Below, one piece after another: positions 12,937 through 27,084 of a stretch of DNA of 64,000 nucleotides; positions within the stretch are counted from its first letter, which is position 1, and each line of letters starts with the position of its first letter. The stretch comes from Eledone cirrhosa. Taxonomy: Eukaryota. The position numbers were made by a program, and so were the translations under genes. The stretch lies in assembly GCA_964016885.1 (NCBI GenBank), contig OZ024740.1:380804001-380868000 (forward strand), written 5' to 3'. The notes under the pieces are model-generated. The model saw only the letters and a program-made list of their open reading frames with translations. It ran no database searches and was not told the origin of the DNA.

Positions 12937-15150
12937 TTATGTCATTATTTACCATTTTTTCCCATTTGATTCTGGCTCCTCTATACACTCTGATTCTATC
13001 TCTCTGATTGTAGCCAGAGAACTGCATACGGTGGATGAAGTGTTGTATGTGTCTCTCTAGTTCTTCGGGGTTGCACATGCGCGACACATTTCTCATCACC
13101 CGTACCAAATCCGCAATCAGTATGATGATTTTGGTATGGTCCGAAATGGCCGAGTTTCGGTGGATCAGATGTTTGGAAGTCATGGGTTTGGCATAATGGG
13201 AATGGAGGATTTGTTTTTGGTTGTTAATGGTATCTAACCAGAGCTCTGTGTCTAGTACAGGTAATCGATGGTTGGAGTGTCTACTTGGGTAGTCTATAGT
13301 AACTCTAATGCTCTGGTGGATGGAGTTTGCTATTTGCTGGATGCTTTCCATTGTGTTTTTCTCTAGTTCCTGACTGTTCTCTAGTGGGGGTGTCTTAACT
13401 ACGATGTTTATATCATCTACGTAGCGGGAGTACATTATCAGGGTTAAGCTGTCTTCTAATTGTTCTTTAAGTTTTTGTTTAAGTCTACTGTCCCACCATA
13501 CCATGAATAAGTTAGCTATGTCGACTGCAATGCTAACACCAATGGCTGCTCCTTCCTCTTGGGCATATGTTTTTCCATTAAATTTGAACATATGTTCCTT
13601 AAGGGTTAGTTTTATGCTGGCCCCTACCGCATGTGCAATCATTTTCTTCAGTTCATCGTGGTTTTCGGGTGTCCGTATGGCTCTGGTCCACCCGTTCCAT
13701 CTACCTGTGTGGGTTTTCTTGGCCATTGAGGTAATGGTAGGTGGTCTGCCTCTTGCTGGTCTTGTAGGGCACAGGTTGCTAAGGTCATATGTGTCTAGGT
13801 AACTATTACTATAGGTAAGCTTAAGTAGGAGTCCCAGCTCACTGGTATCAATCCCACGGAACTCAACCTTGCTCTCACTGATCATTTCTACGCATTTCTC
13901 CACGTCAATAGATGGATACAGGGACACAACATCCATACTGCCTATTATGCAGTTTGTTAGGTCCCCAGATCGGTTACTCACGCCGATTCTGCTGAGGAGG
14001 TCCTCCGTGCTGTCACATACATCTGGGGACATTTCAACGATGGGGCGTATGATCAGGGAGAGGAAGTAGGACAGTCTGTAGTTACTAGCAATGTTAGCTC
14101 CACAGACTGGCCGTGTTGGTGGTCCCGCGACAGGGTCACAGCCCGTTTTATGGTCTTTTCGAAGCCCATACAACGCCGGCACGTCATTGTTCCAGGCCTG
14201 GAATTTGTTGGCAGTCCTTTTGGGCTGCATTATATTCGTCCACATCACCATATGGGCATTGAGGGCTTTTTCTCTATCCTTATGCTCCTGTGGTGTTACC
14301 TCTCTTGTGTTAGTGATGTGGGGTTGCATTGCCTGGATGTAGTTTGGCAGGCTGTCAACCGACTTTCTGCCAGACTTGTCTGTTGGAAAGCATGCTATCT
14401 CTCCATTACGTGAGCGCTGCATGAGCTTACGCAAGCCATTTGCAGATTTTTCTCCCAGTTGCTGGGCCTCCATTCTATTATACTTCTTGCTATACTGTTC
14501 TATAATATTTCTAAGTTCGGATCTAGCTATACTAAATTGTGCTTCTGTTTGTTCATCGACCTGCGACGGCAATTGCGTGCGTTTGTTAAATGGTAAAGTC
14601 GTGGCGTGGACTCGTCGCAGGTCGAATGATTTATCGGAGGGATTATAAAACGGAGAGTTCCAGGCTGCTGCTTTATGTGTACTAGTGCTATTGTTATTGT
14701 TAGTTGTGTTGTTTCTATTTCTATTTCCACCAACAGCCTCATGGTTGTTTCTATGTCTCTCATAATTACTCCTGTCTCTTTCCATTGGCTCATTGTTGTT
14801 ATCTACCGTATTTTGTGTGTCTGTGTGTTCGTCTTGGTTATTCTCTTTGTCCTTAGTCTCCCTTCTCCTTTTAATCCTATTACTTTCCCTTATTTCTGTG
14901 ATTTCTGTGCTACTGTCATTACTTGTTTTCTGTGTCTGTGTGTTTGTTAAGATTGTGGTGGTGGTGAGAGGCATTGAATGCGTGTGTGTTGTTGTTGTTG
15001 ATGTGTGCTGTTGTTGATGTGTGTTGTTGTTGTCTCCGTGTGTGTTATTGTTGTTGTGTGTGTTGTTATTGTTGTTTGTGTCTGCATGTCTGTTGTTGTT
15101 GTTTCTGGGTATGTTGTTATTGTTGTTGTTGTTGATGTGTGTGTTGTTGT
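12929..15150 (-). pseudogene. PLE reverse transcriptase (5'-truncated, frameshifted before the endonuclease)
   Basis: Motifs PTDKSG, LYGLRKDHK, PPTRPVCGA, GSMDVVSLYPSI, GAAIG, MVWWD, RYVDD, LPVLD, HYAKPM; the track's N-terminus (15150-15265) comes from the inverted junction. Confidence 0.9.
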
Positions 15151-15287
15151 AGACACAGAAAACAAGTAATGACAGTAGCACAGAAATCACAGAAATAGGG
15201 TAGATAACAACAGGGTAGATAACAACAATGAGCCAGTGGAAAGAGACAGAACAAAGGAGAGGCACAGAAACAAAGAAAGGAATCCCC

Positions 15288-15332
15288 AGTCACTGAAGAG
15301 GTCACAGAGTGTGTGACGAAAGGACTATGACT
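15288..15332 (+). ncRNA. Minimal hammerhead ribozyme in inverted pLTR
   Basis: AGUCA CUGAAGA G GUCACA-GAGUG-UGUGAC GAAA GGAC UA UGACU: stem I 5 bp, stem II 6 bp, minimal stem III. Confidence 0.75.
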
Positions 15333-18300
15333 ATATATAAACAACTATCTGGTTGTGGAACCAACCAACCAACCAACCAGAAATTTATAAATTTATGAAT
15401 TTGTAAATTTATAAATATATAATAAATTGAAGTGAAAGCAACTGGTGCGTGTGTTTCTTATTGGCAACATGACCCTCCCAAAGTATAACAATATCGGTTT
15501 CAACACACGATTTCAGATAAAGAATCTTGCTAAACAAATTCAGAAACGAAATATATATATATATATATTCATTTATATCAAGGAAAAATAGTGTTTATCA
15601 CAGGTTTATCTGATGATCCTGTGATAAACAGGCGGAACTTTAGTGTAACAAGATTCACTTTTTAGCCTTGAGATATAAATTAATATTAAAACTCTTCTTC
15701 GGTATTGAGTACTCTTTTCGCTTAGCTGTCAACCCCAGAGTTCTAAGGAAGAAGTAGAGGGTGGAAGTGTTGTATTCAGCAGTCATACGGAATGTATGGG
15801 ACGGAGGTTGAGCGAGTATGTGTGGTGGGTCAGGGAGAAATTCGGCATGACGAAGTCAGTGTCATACGAGCCAGACCCGATTACATTCTTATATTCACTT
15901 TTCAGAAGGTGATTTTTACTGTTTCCTTAACAGAAGGGGTAAGTAATCCAGATATGATAATTGCATAAACCAAAAACCTAAACTAATTGATTAATCAAGA
16001 GGGTCTTTCTGCCAATCTGATTTACGAGTGAGTCTGCAAATATATCTATTAAAAATAAAATTGAGATTTTATGGTTGTCTTTGACTCTATTGGCCATAAT
16101 TTATAGATAAGTTAACGATTCTTTTTCCTCGCCATAGGTGTATCGTATTGTATGATCTCGTAACTTCTGATGGAGTAAAAGGGGCGTTTCTTGGCCATCT
16201 TAACCTTGATGGAGTCCATCCCTCTCCAGGTCTGAATACAGTAGATTTCTCCCAGAGAAGGATAGAAAGTGAGAAAGAGATACACAGGAAGAATCGACCC
16301 CTGTACTAGACTGATACCTTTTTTACCGACATCGAATGGATGAGAGGAAAAGGTGAACTTGGCGGAAATGGAACTAAAAAAGTAGAGAGCCAAACGAATA
16401 ACAAAGCACTCTATAAATTTCTTAGCCAACTACATTAATTATGTTAGCAACGGCCTTGGTATTACACATTTAAAGACAAATTTGGAACAGAGTAGGTCTA
16501 AATTAATTAACAGCTCGTATTTTGTACTCTCTAATACTAACGAGTGTCAAATATATAACATTAAATGATCAGAAGTAGAAACGTAATAAATCAATTCCTT
16601 CAATGATAATAAGAAAATAAAACACAAGGAGAATTAAATCATCCTCAAACAGACATTTAAGATCCAGCTATGAAATAAGCATCTAGATACTTATACCATA
16701 CGTATTACTTTTTTCTTCTTTATTTTGCCATTGTCTAATCAATAAGTAAAGATAATTTCTCGTTTTTCTTGAAAACATCGAGGATCTCTCAGTTACTTCT
16801 GTAACAATCCACTATACGCAGCTTGAGTCTATTCTGCATTGTTTAAAGATCAAAAAGAAACTGATTCGAACTGTTTGTAAAGGAGGGTGGGGTGAAATTT
16901 TCATTTCCTGCTTCAAAAAGCATTTAAAGTATTTCACTAAAATATAATTGCAGATATAAGACTCTAAAAAAAAAATGTAATAAATTATCAACAAGGAAAA
17001 ACGTTATCAGTAAATTTCCTAATAACTTCTCAAAAATGTTACTGGAATTCCTAAAGTATATATACATAGCTCTTTCAACCGAAATACCCACATCGTACTG
17101 TAACATGGCTAAAACACATGCTCTTGTTATTTTAAGCTATTATAAAAATAATAATAATAATGTGAAACATGTTTGTATATTTATTTAAGCACTTTTTTTT
17201 GTTTTTGTTTTATTTTTGTTTTTTCTTATTTCACTACTGTAGTTGTTTTGATAAATTGTTCAACTGAAAAATATACTTCTTTCGTTGCTTTGTAAAAATG
17301 TGACATTCAGTAGCTATAATTTTGTCTAAAGTTTATTTTAAAATGTCCAGTCGAATTACTGCCTTATCAAATATGCGTATCTAATCTTGACAAATGGAGT
17401 ATTCTGACACACAAGCAATATGAGATGTCAAATATGGCGGGTGTCGTAAAAAAACCACATCCAAGTTCTGGCTTCTATTTTCTCGGTATAAGCCATTTCA
17501 ATTTTGTGATGCTCTTTGGTAATACTTTAACATCTCAGTTTATGTCTTGATGTTTTACATCTGTTGGACCTTCGGACATAATGAAATGACATATTCATCA
17601 TTACGTTTTGATGGTGACTAGCAATGTGTAACACAAAATAAGCTCCATTTGAGCTCAGTATATGACCAGTTTCAATTAGGGATTGAGTGTATTTAATACA
17701 ATCGTATATATACAAATCAATAGATTGGTAGCCTTGTACTTATGTACGTTATCATTATTAGAAATCGATGTATCTTGAGGAATGGAGGCTTTCTTTTGAC
17801 AACAACTGTAAAATGGGAATATTGGTTAGATTCATGCATTAGAAGTACATCAAAATCATTGGGAATGAAATCTAATAAGGCATGTTGTAGACATTGGTAA
17901 AATAGCCTGTTTTTATTTTTACAGATGTCATTTGTAGTTACATTTGCCGTCTTGCAATTAATATTATTGTGCAGGTGGCAGACAATCTCTTCAGCTATAT
18001 AAATACATTACCAGTATTTTCTTATTGTTATTCATACACTCTGTAACGCGTATTTTGAACCATAAAATATGCATAACACTTTAAAAACATTCATGGAACA
18101 AATGTATTTGTTATCTTAAGATATGAAAATATAACGCATATATTTTTTGTAATTTTCTCTAATTTTCTTTGAACTTGCTCAAGAAACTATAACAAGTTTA
18201 TGTAATTCTAAGATTAACTTCTTTCACTTGCCTTATCAAGAGCCTGAAGCATTAAAGATGGCTAATTATATTACTGGCAAGGCAAGCGAAAATTATTTTC

Positions 18301-19079
18301 ATCGAAGACAGCTTCTTCATATTAGTTTATAAAACTTTAGCTTATATGCATGTTTAAATCTACAATCCTGAAAATGTTCAATCATAATGTCGTTTGCGAA
18401 AAGCTTTGAATATAATATATACAAAACTATTTTCTCCCTCCCAGTTCCCCATTTGAAACGTATTTTGTTTCATTTGACCAAACTTTGGAGATTCCCTTAT
18501 TTGATCTTTAGTTCTTTTCGTATATACACTCTCACAATTGAATATTCCTCGACTGACAAAACAAAGGGACAGTAAGCATGTAAAAAGAAGGATTTCTTCT
18601 TTAATATGCCATTCTTTCTCCTCTCTTTCTCACTTTTTCTCAAAATTATCTCATTTTACATTATTTATTTGATTTTTTTACTGTGAAGAAAATCTTCAAT
18701 TTCAGATGCCCAGCACCAGGTTGATGAGCAGGAGAAAAATAGATATCTTCAAACGGGAGACCTGGCTCTAATGCTTGCAAGTGGGTGGACTGTTCTAAAG
18801 GCACTCAACAGCCAAGTAGCAGTGTTTAATTTAAGCTTACCACACAAGTAGACCACAGTAAGATTTAAACTCAGAACGCAAAGAACAAATGCTGCAAAGA
18901 ATCTTTTCCAACTTTCTAGCAATTCCAGCAGTTCACTACCATCTATGGGAGGAGGTTACTTTTATTTAAAGTCCGCAAATGTTTGAAAGGTAAAGTTGAT
19001 CTCGGCAGAATTTGAACTCAGAGCACAGACAGCTATTTTAGCATACGTTCACCGCCATTTTATCGTATCTACCAAAATA

Positions 19080-19220
19080 AGGTGGTGGATTGGCAGAGTC
19101 ATTAGGATGTCGGACTAATGCTTAGCAGTATTTGTTTCGGAACTTGGATTCAGAGTTCAAATCCTGCCGAGGTTAACTTTGCCTTTCAGCGTGGTGAGGT
19201 TTATGAAATAAAATACAAGT
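19080..19220 (+). mobile_element. tRNA-derived SINE family A
   Basis: GGTGGTGGATTGGCAGAGTC...GAGTTCAAATCCTGCCGAGGTTAACTTTGCCTTTCA; similar decayed copies near 8070-8230, 9010-9200, 16290-16430, 18950-19030, 35510-35610, 53470-53660. Confidence 0.7.
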
Positions 19221-20597
19221 TTGCTGGCTTTTCTGCCAATGATAGAAACATACAAGCATGCACACACAAAGTCTGCAAACGATATCAATTTTACATAATG
19301 GAAATAATTTCAGATTTATATTGTAGAATAATAACTTTGAATTACGCATACATGCTAGAGTGATTCACAATCACTAAAGTTGTTTCACTTCAACTACTCA
19401 AGGACCATTCATATGTAGATAAGATAGATAAGTGGAAATTAGTTTAACTTTAAAAGTTTCTTTCTCAAATATCTATCCACAAACTACCACTTACAACTTA
19501 GATAATGAAAGATTAGATTTTTGTTTTATACTTGCAGAAATTACTGTTATTATTGGTAGTTAGCCATACGTAGGCCATAATCAAAGAGACATATGATCAA
19601 AAGCTTTCTAATCCAGCCTTTTAAGACGAGTTTATCTCAGTTTACATTATTCGCTATTTCTAGTAGGTCAAACGACTACACAGAACCTCGCGTATTTGGC
19701 TTATTATTTACATTCATTTTACAGTAGTTCTACTCTAATGGTAAGCTTTATAAAGTTAGTGTTTTGATTGCATTTCAAAACTGCGACATGGTTTTAATAC
19801 AATGATATGGCTTTTTGTGAGATCATGTACGTCCCAACTCCTAGGATATAGAACATCTTAGTCTACTCAATAGTTTTGTTTAGATAATTTTCCTAATAAT
19901 TCATCATAATTTCATTGAGAGAAACGGCATTAACATTACACAATCGCACATCCTTTCCATTATAACAGATAAGCATTTCTTACGAATGCAAAAAGAAAAA
20001 AATATTAGCTACAAGCATAGGATCAAAAGCTGAATAGCTGGAAAATAGAAGAAATACATTTAGAATTTTCTTATGGGAACGGCTGTTATAGAAACGTATT
20101 CAGAAATACATACAATTTGAAATAAAATATACGCTCTTGCTATGGGAGAGAAATCGGAAACAGCTGGACTTAAATTATTACTTCCCTTCGTAGTGAAATA
20201 TTCAATGCAGGTGATAAAGAAATACACTTATTGCTACAACATATCGAAATACTTGTCCTATCTTACACTATTTGCCAGTGACTATGCGCCGGAAATTGTA
20301 AAAACAAATGTATAAGAATATATTTTCCTCCCTTTACTCAAATCCAACAGCTCAAGACGTTTAGACACTCGGTTACAGACATAGATATCATATTAACATA
20401 ATTGATACACTAAATTGTTCATGTTGATAGATTGTATTTCTCGTTAAATGTTTAATACTACTCATCTATCACTTCGTTTTCTTTTTCTGTACACATAGGT
20501 GGGTTTGTGAGGGACAGTATGTATGTGTGTATGTCTAAATCCAATTCTATATTTCTAAATGCATGTGCATGGCTATGTATACATATGTATAGCTGTG

Positions 20598-20651
<54 letters not shown>

Positions 20652-21959
20652 AGTTTGCGAATAGTATTTTCATGAGAAATAGATCATAAGTTTAAATCCA
20701 CTACTTTGAGGTTTCACGAATAACATTATTTTTCATTGTTCCAGTTTTTTTACTCCACTTTTCTAAAAGGTTTTGCTTACCAAACGCTGATAAGCAACCA
20801 CCAACCATCCAATGATTTTCTGATGCATCCATAAATGAACCCAAACCAACCAAATTTATGAAATAGCATATTAAAATCAGAGAGATCTATTCTTTCCTAG
20901 CGGGATACGCCTTGTCCAAACTAGTTTTGTACTAGACAACCGAATACTGTGGTATATAACGCACACACACAGTCACACACATACGTACACACACATACGA
21001 ACACACACATACATACACACACACATGTACACATACATACCTACACACACATACGTACACATACATACGTACACACACATACACACATAAAAATATAAGT
21101 GGGTAGAGAATAGAAAAGATTTATTTAGATTTCTTTATGTATCACCTATTTTTGACTTTGTTCTGTGTGCTGCTTGTTTGCAAAACGATTGAAGCCTGGG
21201 AATCCATAGTTGATCCAAGTGATTATTGAATTACATCCCTTCTCGGCATAATCAGGAAACTAGTGGAATCGGGTAATAGAGACGCTGCGAAAATATTGGA
21301 AATTTGAGGGAATAAACTAAAATGAAATGAGAAAATGGAGCAATGTCTGAAATAAACTCTATCACAATTCACGGGTACTGCGTATATAAGTATACATATA
21401 ATTCAGTATATATATAATCCACATACATATATTAATAGATATATAAATGTGTGTACAAAGATTTATCTAATATTCAAGGTTTGATTAAACTCACTGTCAA
21501 TCTTGAATAAATATTTGATTCCAACCCGTTCAGACTCCAGTTAAACATATGATAGCAGTCATAAGTTGATAACGTCAGTGTGCAGTCATGTTTATGTCAC
21601 ATAGCTTTAGGTAGGATGTTAAACGGAAGTAGAGAAGTAGTGGCAGTAAAATTACTGAGTTTAGTTGATTAGTAATTAGATGTCTCTGCAGTCTTTCTAT
21701 GTTCTTGTAAAATTCACCATATTCTTCGCAGTTCAGGTGCCAAAAATAATTAGTATGCTGCATGCCTAAATTGTTCGAGAAAAATAGTTAGCAGTTATGT
21801 TCTGCGTGCGAAAAAGCCATAAGTATGTATCATCCCATATATGTAATTTCAACTGTACTTTATGAGTAAGAATCCTAAACATTAGATGTTGAAAGTGAAA
21901 AAAAGACTCGAGTTTTTTTTTAAATTAAATTTTAAAGAAAAACATCGAACTAACATCTC

Positions 21960-22400
21960 CTTCGCCCAATTATTCTTGAGAGGATCGTGACGGTAGAGTC
22001 CTAAAGCACTCTTTCCAGCGGGTCCTGTCAGAAGCAACAGTCTCCACTTGATGCGACCAGCCAAGCTCATTAATGTTATCTGCCATCTTGCTCGGCGTCT
22101 ACCCCTGGTTCTTTTGCTGGGTGGTTTTGCCCGTAAAATCTGTCCAGCGATTCTTTCCTGAGACATTCTAACCACATAGCAATTGTATTGGAGCTGTGAT
22201 CTCTCAATTTAGAGAAGTAGCGGCTCTAACTAGTGTAACTCTCTAATCTCTGAGCTACACACTCCATAGAGTAACGTTAATCCAAAGGCACTTTGGAAGA
22301 ACTCCATTTCTCCCGCTTGTATTTGTAATCATATTCCTTCGGTCATTATCCAAGATTCATGACCATATGTAAGGGTTGACTAAAATATCAGATTGCAAAT
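21960..22400 (-). mobile_element. RTE-clade LINE 3' remnant
   Basis: Decayed translation LTYGHESWIMTE...IQAGEMEF...VVRMSQERIAGQILRAKPPSKRTRGRRRARW, typical of the RTE ORF C-terminus. Confidence 0.8.
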
Positions 22401-22497
22401 AGCGAGTTTGGCGTTTACACCTACCTCACTTCTTCTGATTGTCGAATGCTGCAGCTGGCACATTACTACACCAGCTCCTACAACACTTGCACATAAT

Positions 22498-22566
<69 letters not shown>

Positions 22567-22626
22567 GCATGAATGTATATATGAATGTACATATGTATGT
22601 ATGTGTGTGTGTGTATGTATGTGTGT

Positions 22627-22680
<54 letters not shown>

Positions 22681-23207
22681 ACATATTCCATAATAATACT
22701 TTAACAAAAACCATTCATTGAATTCCTGCAGCAATTTTAGACATTTCCAGTTATATGACGAAAAGGAAACGAGGAGACACTCAATATGGTATTCGGGGTA
22801 TGGGGTATGTATATAATCTCCAGGCACAGACAATTTAGTCACAGTACATTTGGATGCACTTATCTATATATCACATATATATAATGTATGTTATTCCATA
22901 TCAAATTAAAATCAGGGCGATCTATTTTTCTTAAAGGGACACGCCTAGTCCAGACTAGCTTCGCACTAAAAACCGTGTACCGTGGTAGGACAGTAATCTT
23001 GGTGCAATGGCTGAAACGCAACCGCGTAATACGCACACCCACCCACACACACGTTCATACACACACACATGCACCTATATATATATATATATATATATAG
23101 AAAGATTTGAATGGATACAGTTTAGTTGAAAGGAATTTATTGACACGTGTTTCTATAACAGTTACATAACCTAAAACAGCTATCTACAAACTTTTAGTTA
23201 TGCAGAC

Positions 23208-23252
23208 ATTCAATATTTCAATGTTATTATTTACTGTCATTTCATCAGAATA
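23208..23252 (-). ncRNA. Decayed hammerhead motif
   Basis: CUGAUGA AAUG-acaguaaauaauaa-CAUU GAAA UA UU gaau; stem I register is off by one nucleotide. Confidence 0.45.
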
Positions 23253-23839
23253 ATATTACTGAGGACCTATTTAGTTTTTATAGAGAATATTAGGAGGGAG
23301 GGGTGAAGTTGTTAGAAGAATAGTTGAAGGAGTGGTTTTTCGATAGCAGTGAGAATTCTTGGTGGCAGTGAGTAATTAGATTCCCATCTGTTGTTTTGAC
23401 ATTTTTTATAGAATATATTATTGGTTATTTTTCTAAATCTATAGAAGGATTAGAGATAGTAAAGATATGCGTGGTTGGTTTTGTGTTTGCACTTAATTAA
23501 CATTCAGACTTAAATTTTTCTTTCAAGTGTACGTATCCTTTCACCCACGCATTCACACACAAATATATTTGCACACCTCTACAAAATACATATACACACA
23601 ATTCACATATTCATACTTACATATATATACACATGCATACACATATATATACACACATGTATTCATGTACATACATACGCGCTCATGTGTATACATTTTC
23701 ATACTCAACTTATCTTTATATACACACGTATAGACACACACATATATACATACATACTCTAGTCCATGTGTACACACATACACATACATACACATCCATA
23801 TACACATATATACATACACATATATACATACATATATAC

Positions 23840-23926
<87 letters not shown>

Positions 23927-24322
23927 CATACATACACAAACATACATATACACACATATACATATATATATATATATAAGCACTTTAATACATGAATACA
24001 CTTACATCTAACTATACACATCAAACATATATATATATTTACTTATTTATATACATTTTCACATATATATACATACTTATGGACGTTTTTAGACACATTC
24101 ATTATCGCATATTTGTACCTATTCTCATCAGCATATCTTTTCATTATTAGTATGGTAATTTAAGGTTATTAATATATGTTGAGAAGAGATTGTTTTTATA
24201 TTTTTCTAACTAGATTAAGGTTTATATAGTTGGGGGATGTCCCTCTTTTATGTAATATTCGGCTTGTAATCAGCTGATAATCTACTGTGTGTAATATTTA
24301 TATTACAACACAACGGAAAATA

Positions 24323-24363
<41 letters not shown>

Positions 24364-24368
<5 letters not shown>

Positions 24369-25547
24369 CATTCACAGGAGATTATGTTTTCCAGAATAAA
24401 TAAATTTTAGTTTCAATATGTTGTGCATTTTCATTGAAAGACTTTATTGCCACGCCAATTATATATATACTAGCAGTGATACCCGGCGTTGCACGGGATA
24501 AGGTATTTTGGAACGCGGGCCGCCAACAGACCTAATCGTGGAAAAATGCATGCCTGGACAATATGTAAAGAAAATAAACCGAATACTCTGATGCAATTAG
24601 TATTAGGTATGCTTCTCCTTTCACGTGGAGAAAATCGGCTTGGTGCTTTTGGACTTTAATAAAGTGCCATGAGTCAGCAGGACAGATGTCATCACTTATG
24701 TCAGAGGGAAGTCTGCAATGCTTGAGCAAGGCATGACGTGCAATCGGATAGCATGTGGCGCCTTCTCTAAGAAGTCCACCTTACCTTGGTAAATAAACGC
24801 AACTGGACAAACATTTACCAAACTGTGGGTATAATTTAACAATTTTAAAGAGGAATATGCCTTGAAATTTCGGTAAAAACGCCTTAAAAAGCTGAAAAAA
24901 TGAAGTTTTTCCCCTAGGCTATAAAAAAGTTGGATTTTCTTTGCTCACGGTATGAAGAAGAGACTGACTAATACATAGTTACAATTTCAAGGAATTCGGT
25001 CTGACTAAATGCCTCAAAAGAACTCTAAAAAGCTGAAATAAGGCAGTTTTTCACCTAATGCGGGCCCTAGGGGATCAAAAAGTTGAATTTTATGTGCATA
25101 ACACTCCTTGAAACATAAGTAATACACATGTGGGTACTTCTGGAGCTTTAGGGATTCAAACTCACAGACACACACACACACACACACACATACACCCTCA
25201 GTTTTATATATATAGATATATATCCAGTGAATGCAATAACATCTTTGCTTTAATAACTTGAACACCCAACGGTCCCACAAATTTAAGTTGGAACTATAGA
25301 GTGTTTGTTTGACCATTGCCACTCTTCTCTGGAAAAAACCTTTTGTGGATTGAGCAGTTCGATGCGTATATTTTAAACTCACAAAAATTACAGCAAAATA
25401 ATGATGCATAGGCCGGTGACAAAATACAGCATTCATACAGAATATTACAGGCGTACAACAAAGTTCAAATTCCAACTATTAACTATATTTACTGCAATAC
25501 ACGGCACACAGCCTACTATTCTAAAGACTTTATTGCCACGCCAAGTA
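24364..25547. mobile_element. Internally deleted mariner/Tc1 relic, split and partly inverted
   Basis: Minus translation MVKQTLYSSNLNLWDRWVFKLLK resembles the mariner YSPDL..CD..LF motif; TIR AAAGACTTTATTGCCACGCCAA(G/T)TA at 24437-24461 and 25523-25547. Confidence 0.65.
24470..25216 (-). mobile_element. Non-autonomous Helitron with substituted internal segment
   Basis: TC start, CCCG-TGCAACGC-CGGG hairpin and CTAG end on minus strand; homologous to 2342-3092 except ~24593-24853. Confidence 0.8.
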
Positions 25548-25594
25548 TATATATACACACAGACAAACATACACACCCACTCACACACACACAC

Positions 25595-25653
<59 letters not shown>

Positions 25654-25654
25654 A

Positions 25655-25702
<48 letters not shown>

Positions 25703-26039
25703 TCTCACACAAACACGCACAAACATACTCACATGTATGTGTATGCGTGAATGCGTGTGTATCTAAGTGTATATGCTTAAATAGAAACTTATGAACCTAA
25801 ACTAGATACAGAATAAATTAATGATTAAATAATTATAGTAGCTACCTACAAAGGCGTAAAGATATTTATATTGTTTATCAGCTAAATATTTCTTATGAGA
25901 ATTGATGACGTAAGTAGTCTGAAATGGATATAGCTGGAAATAGAAACCGAGCCGTTGAATGGGCTTCTGAGTCGTTTGTTTATACACTATAAGTGCCATC
26001 CACCGTTCTTTTTAGTTATAAAGTACTATGTATATATGA

Positions 26040-26200
26040 AGGCGGCGAAATCGCAGAGTCGTTAGAACGCTGGATAGAATTCTTTGCGGTATGTGTTTTG
26101 GCTTTCTGTTATCTAAGTTCAAATCTTGCCAAGGTCAACTTTGCTTTTCATCCATTCGAGGTCGATAAAAAAGTATCAGTCTAGTAATAATGGTCGATCC
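26040..26200 (+). mobile_element. tRNA-derived SINE family A
   Basis: AGGCGGCGAAATCGCAGAGTCGTTAG...AAGTTCAAATCTTGCC...TTTTCATCCATTCGAGGTCGATAAA. Confidence 0.7.
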
Positions 26201-27084
26201 TTGTTTTTCTTTATTTTTTTCTCAATTCTAAAATGTAAAAAACGCAACTGAATATCACAAGGTAGTTTGTCCGACTCTACTAATTTAACCAATCCAATGA
26301 CAACACACGATGACTGATAAAAAGGATAAAAAACATAAGAATATCATTAAGATGGAATAACTCCATAAAGTAACGGGGAAAATACTACAGTTGCTCTTGT
26401 AATTGTTGTGAAATTATTAGTATTACTAGGGGTCTTTTTCTGCTGTCGGACTAGAAACGAACGTTGAGAACCGAACCATTCAGGTACGCTAATCTTCTCA
26501 CACCCATCTATCTTTCATGACATTCAATTTAGGAATTCTCTCTCTACTCTCTTCAGCTCATTGTGTTCCAGGAGGCAGACAATGATGTATCATCAACTGA
26601 CACTGCCGCTTTTCCTGTTGCCATCATGCATAAAACCTTCCGCAGGCGATTCGAACTGGTCTACAGAGCTACTAGATATAAAACCGAATCTCTCTTAAAT
26701 CACATCCTAATATTTTAGAAAAGGACAATTTGAATAATATCAACCTGAGTCTCCTACATATTTGAAAAAGACGGAATGGTAATGTGTAAAAAGATTTTTT
26801 TTTAACAAAAGATTTTTTTTTAACAAAAATTTCAAATCTTAATCCAAAAACGACGTCCACGTAATCACTTCAGTTATAAATAACAGCCAAATCTCCCTCC
26901 AATAACTCATTACTCTCTTACCTAATGTAAGAATACATTAGATAATGTAACCATACATATTTCCAAAGCGATGCCTGGACGCATTTGGACATAAGTCAGC
27001 AACTCCCCAACCTTCTTTATTAAAGGAAGGAGGCAGAATAATGTTTACGATAGAATCCTAGTTCAGGGTCTGGAGCCTCAGATA

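Larger units (their letters stand above)
11891..15551 (-). mobile_element. Penelope-like retroelement (Naiad-like), 5'-truncated, with inverted pLTR
   Basis: RT and GIY-YIG ORFs on minus strand; 11891-12135 is inverted-repeated at 15245-15493; tail 15494-15551; (TA)n on both sides. Confidence 0.92.

Noticed and set aside
11891-15551. Interpretation as a TIR DNA transposon, LTR element or bacterial retron/DGR system
   Set aside because: RT plus GIY-YIG with asymmetric inverted ends, tail and hammerhead fits PLEs; no transposase, integrase or prokaryotic context
18706-18852. Possible host exon after TTTCAG (AQHQVDEQEKNRYLQTGDLALML...)
   Set aside because: Short, no recognisable homology or partner exons; needs RNA-seq
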